Shown here: positions 62,154 through 64,000 of the stretch, piece by piece
Position numbering within the stretch: position 1 is the first letter of the stretch
Layout: each line of letters begins with the position of its first letter
NCBI GenBank assembly: GCA_004431415.1
Contig: QPMI01000544.1
Span: forward strand, 62,001 to 126,000
Length of the DNA: 64,000 nucleotides
Source of the DNA: Cyanophora paradoxa CCMP329
Lineage: Eukaryota; Plantae; Glaucophyta
Direction of reading: 5' to 3'
Program-made: the position numbers and the translations under genes
Notes under the pieces: model-generated
What the model was told of the DNA's origin: nothing
The model's database searches: none
Seen by the model: only the letters and a program-made list of their open reading frames with translations

Positions 62154-64000
62154 GTACCATGGCCAGTGCCTCGCAGACCCCTACGCCCAGCTGCAGTCCT
62201 ACCCCCCGCGCCCTCTACAAGCCGGAAAGAGTCATTGTCGACAGGGGTTGGTCGGTCAGGCAGATCACATCGCTCGTTCTCTCGCCGGATGACCGCTTCG
62301 TGTACGCGGCTTCAGTCGCCTATGCATCGTTTAAATTATCTGGATGGTATTTCGACAGTGTTCGTATGTACACGTATGGCAAGACCAGGGTTCAGTCCCG
62401 CAAAGAAATCGAGGACGGCACGCTTGGATACGACGGGTGGACTATGACCTTCAGTACTTACTTTAGTTATCTGGCCTGTGGAATACAGCTCTGGACTACC
62501 GGAGACAATGCGTATACTTATCGTTATTTTCAGGACAATGCGGATGATGCGAATTATTTGCGGGGTCTAGATTTCGATACAAACCCAGCGACCGCTGTCT
62601 CTGTCGATCCCAGCGGAGAGACCGTGTCGATTGGAACGCGTGATGGCGCAATTATGTGCGCTTTTTCAAACATGGCTTTTCGGATTCCTTCGCGCCTCCA
62701 TAGCTATATATAGCTCTATATATAATTATAGCTAGCTATATAGATCTATACATATATCCTATATATATGGCCTCTATAGCGACTCATCGAATTGCGCTTT
62801 TTCCCATTTAATTATAATGCTCCACACACGCAGCCATCTTATAGCAAGACCGGAGAATTTCGTCTCGGATGGTTCGCTATTCGCGTCAGTAAAGGGCGCT
62901 CTGTGCTGCCATGCAGGATCAATCAATCATGTCGCTTATTCTAAAAGCGGCTCGCTTCTAGCGAGCGCTGGTATGCATGCATCCCTCTCTTTTATATAAT
63001 TAATATTATATATACCGAGCTTAGAAAACGTTCGCGGGTGTTCTAATACTGTCACGCACGCAGGACAGGATGGCTGGGTTCGAGTCTGGCCCAGCGCACC
63101 GATCATCAATTATAATGGCGTGCTTGCCGTGTACAGGCTCTTTTACAGGCAAAACCCTTCGCCGTTTGGAACACAAATTGCTTCTCTCAACTGCACCTCA
63201 AGCACGCCAGCCCTGTCCGTCATCTTTGCCGGGCCAGCCGATTCGCTTCTTATAGCAGCTTTCGGAGACGGCGCCATACGCGTTTGGGATACATCAGACT
63301 ACTCGCCACTGCGCACTCTGTGCTGCCACAACGGCACTGCAAACGGCATCGCAGCTTCAGCCAACGGGTCGCTTCTTCTCTCTGTCGGGAGCGACGCTAC
63401 TCTCCGCCTGTGGGATCTCACGACTGGTGACCTGCTTCGCAACCTGTCAGATCCAAAAGGCATCTCGCTTCACAGTGTCGTTATGACGCCCGATGAAAGG
63501 CGGGCGGTTACGGGCGGAAAGGGCACAGATGTGCTCTTTTGGGATATCGACACAGGCCGTCACATAGCATCATTTGTAACAAATGTGGGAGACAACTTCG
63601 GTCTCGCGATATCGCGGGATGGATCGCGACTCTACACGGGCAGCAATTCTATCCACGTCTGGTACGTATACTTTCTGTTTTAAAATATTGCACAATCTTG
63701 GCTTAAGCTTAAACTCAACTTGCTCGCTTGTGTCGACAGGAATATCCTCGATCTCTACGGATCCGATCCGATGCCTGTGCAGCCGTACTGGCCCGCGTCA
63801 CTCGCCCTCCAGAGAGCACCTCTCCACTTGTCATGGCCCGTGAACTCGTTGGTATTGTCGCCCGATGAGCGTACAGTCGTTGTGGGCGGGGCCGTCGAGA
63901 GTGGCCCTGAGGGTCGCAGCGGCAGCGGGTACGACTCCTTCCACAGCCTGCTCAGCTGGTGGGATTTGCAATCCAATGAAAGCGGATCGTTTCCGGGCGA
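62154..64000 (+). CDS. WD40-repeat protein (multi-exon, runs off the window; upstream exons possible at about 61250-61680)
   Basis: Repeats ending in WD, e.g. TLCCHNGTANGIAASANGSLLLSVGSDATLRLWD, AFGDGAIRVWD and VTGGKGTDVLFWD. Confidence 0.88.

Noticed and set aside
54699-62780. Permuted or split tRNA-Thr using GCCTCTATAGC at 62770-62780 as the missing 5' piece
   Set aside because: It is 8 kb away in a TATAGC-rich intron, lacks the rest of the D-stem (TCAG), and no 5' piece lies near the fragment. Probably chance.

Overview
Eukaryotic nuclear DNA, not prokaryotic. It is GC-rich with many short spliceosomal introns, and an RSPH14-like radial-spoke gene implies a flagellated protist or alga. 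The style recalls a glaucophyte such as Cyanophora, but I cannot confirm that. Most long ORFs in the track are shadow frames. The window is dominated by a near-identical head-to-tail duplication of about 18.4 kb (6114-24455 and 24454-43075). Each unit carries: (i) an intron-containing gene for one large protein with two BRO-N-like segments, a Ulp1/C48 protease, an integrase SAM-like domain, a tyrosine recombinase, a C2HC zinc finger and an AT-hook; (ii) three adjacent MITEs; (iii) an F-type-lectin-like gene and an unknown gene; (iv) the 3' half of a class I cyclic-nucleotide phosphodiesterase gene. Outside the duplication are a stand-alone GIY-YIG nuclease, a propeller-like gene, inverted motif arrays, the 5' half of the PDE gene, an F-box/LRR gene, an unknown gene, RSPH14 cut off at two tRNA 3' fragments, 160/161-bp satellites and a WD40 gene. 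The strongest leads are three. First, the multidomain recombinase element. Second, a pervasive mutational signature, shown by paralog comparison, in which a triplet XYZ becomes XYZ-revcomp(XYZ)-XYZ. Third, recurrent TA-CCGTAG-TA insertions that match the ends of a resident MITE. Many frameshifts are probably long-read homopolymer errors, and exon boundaries were read by eye.
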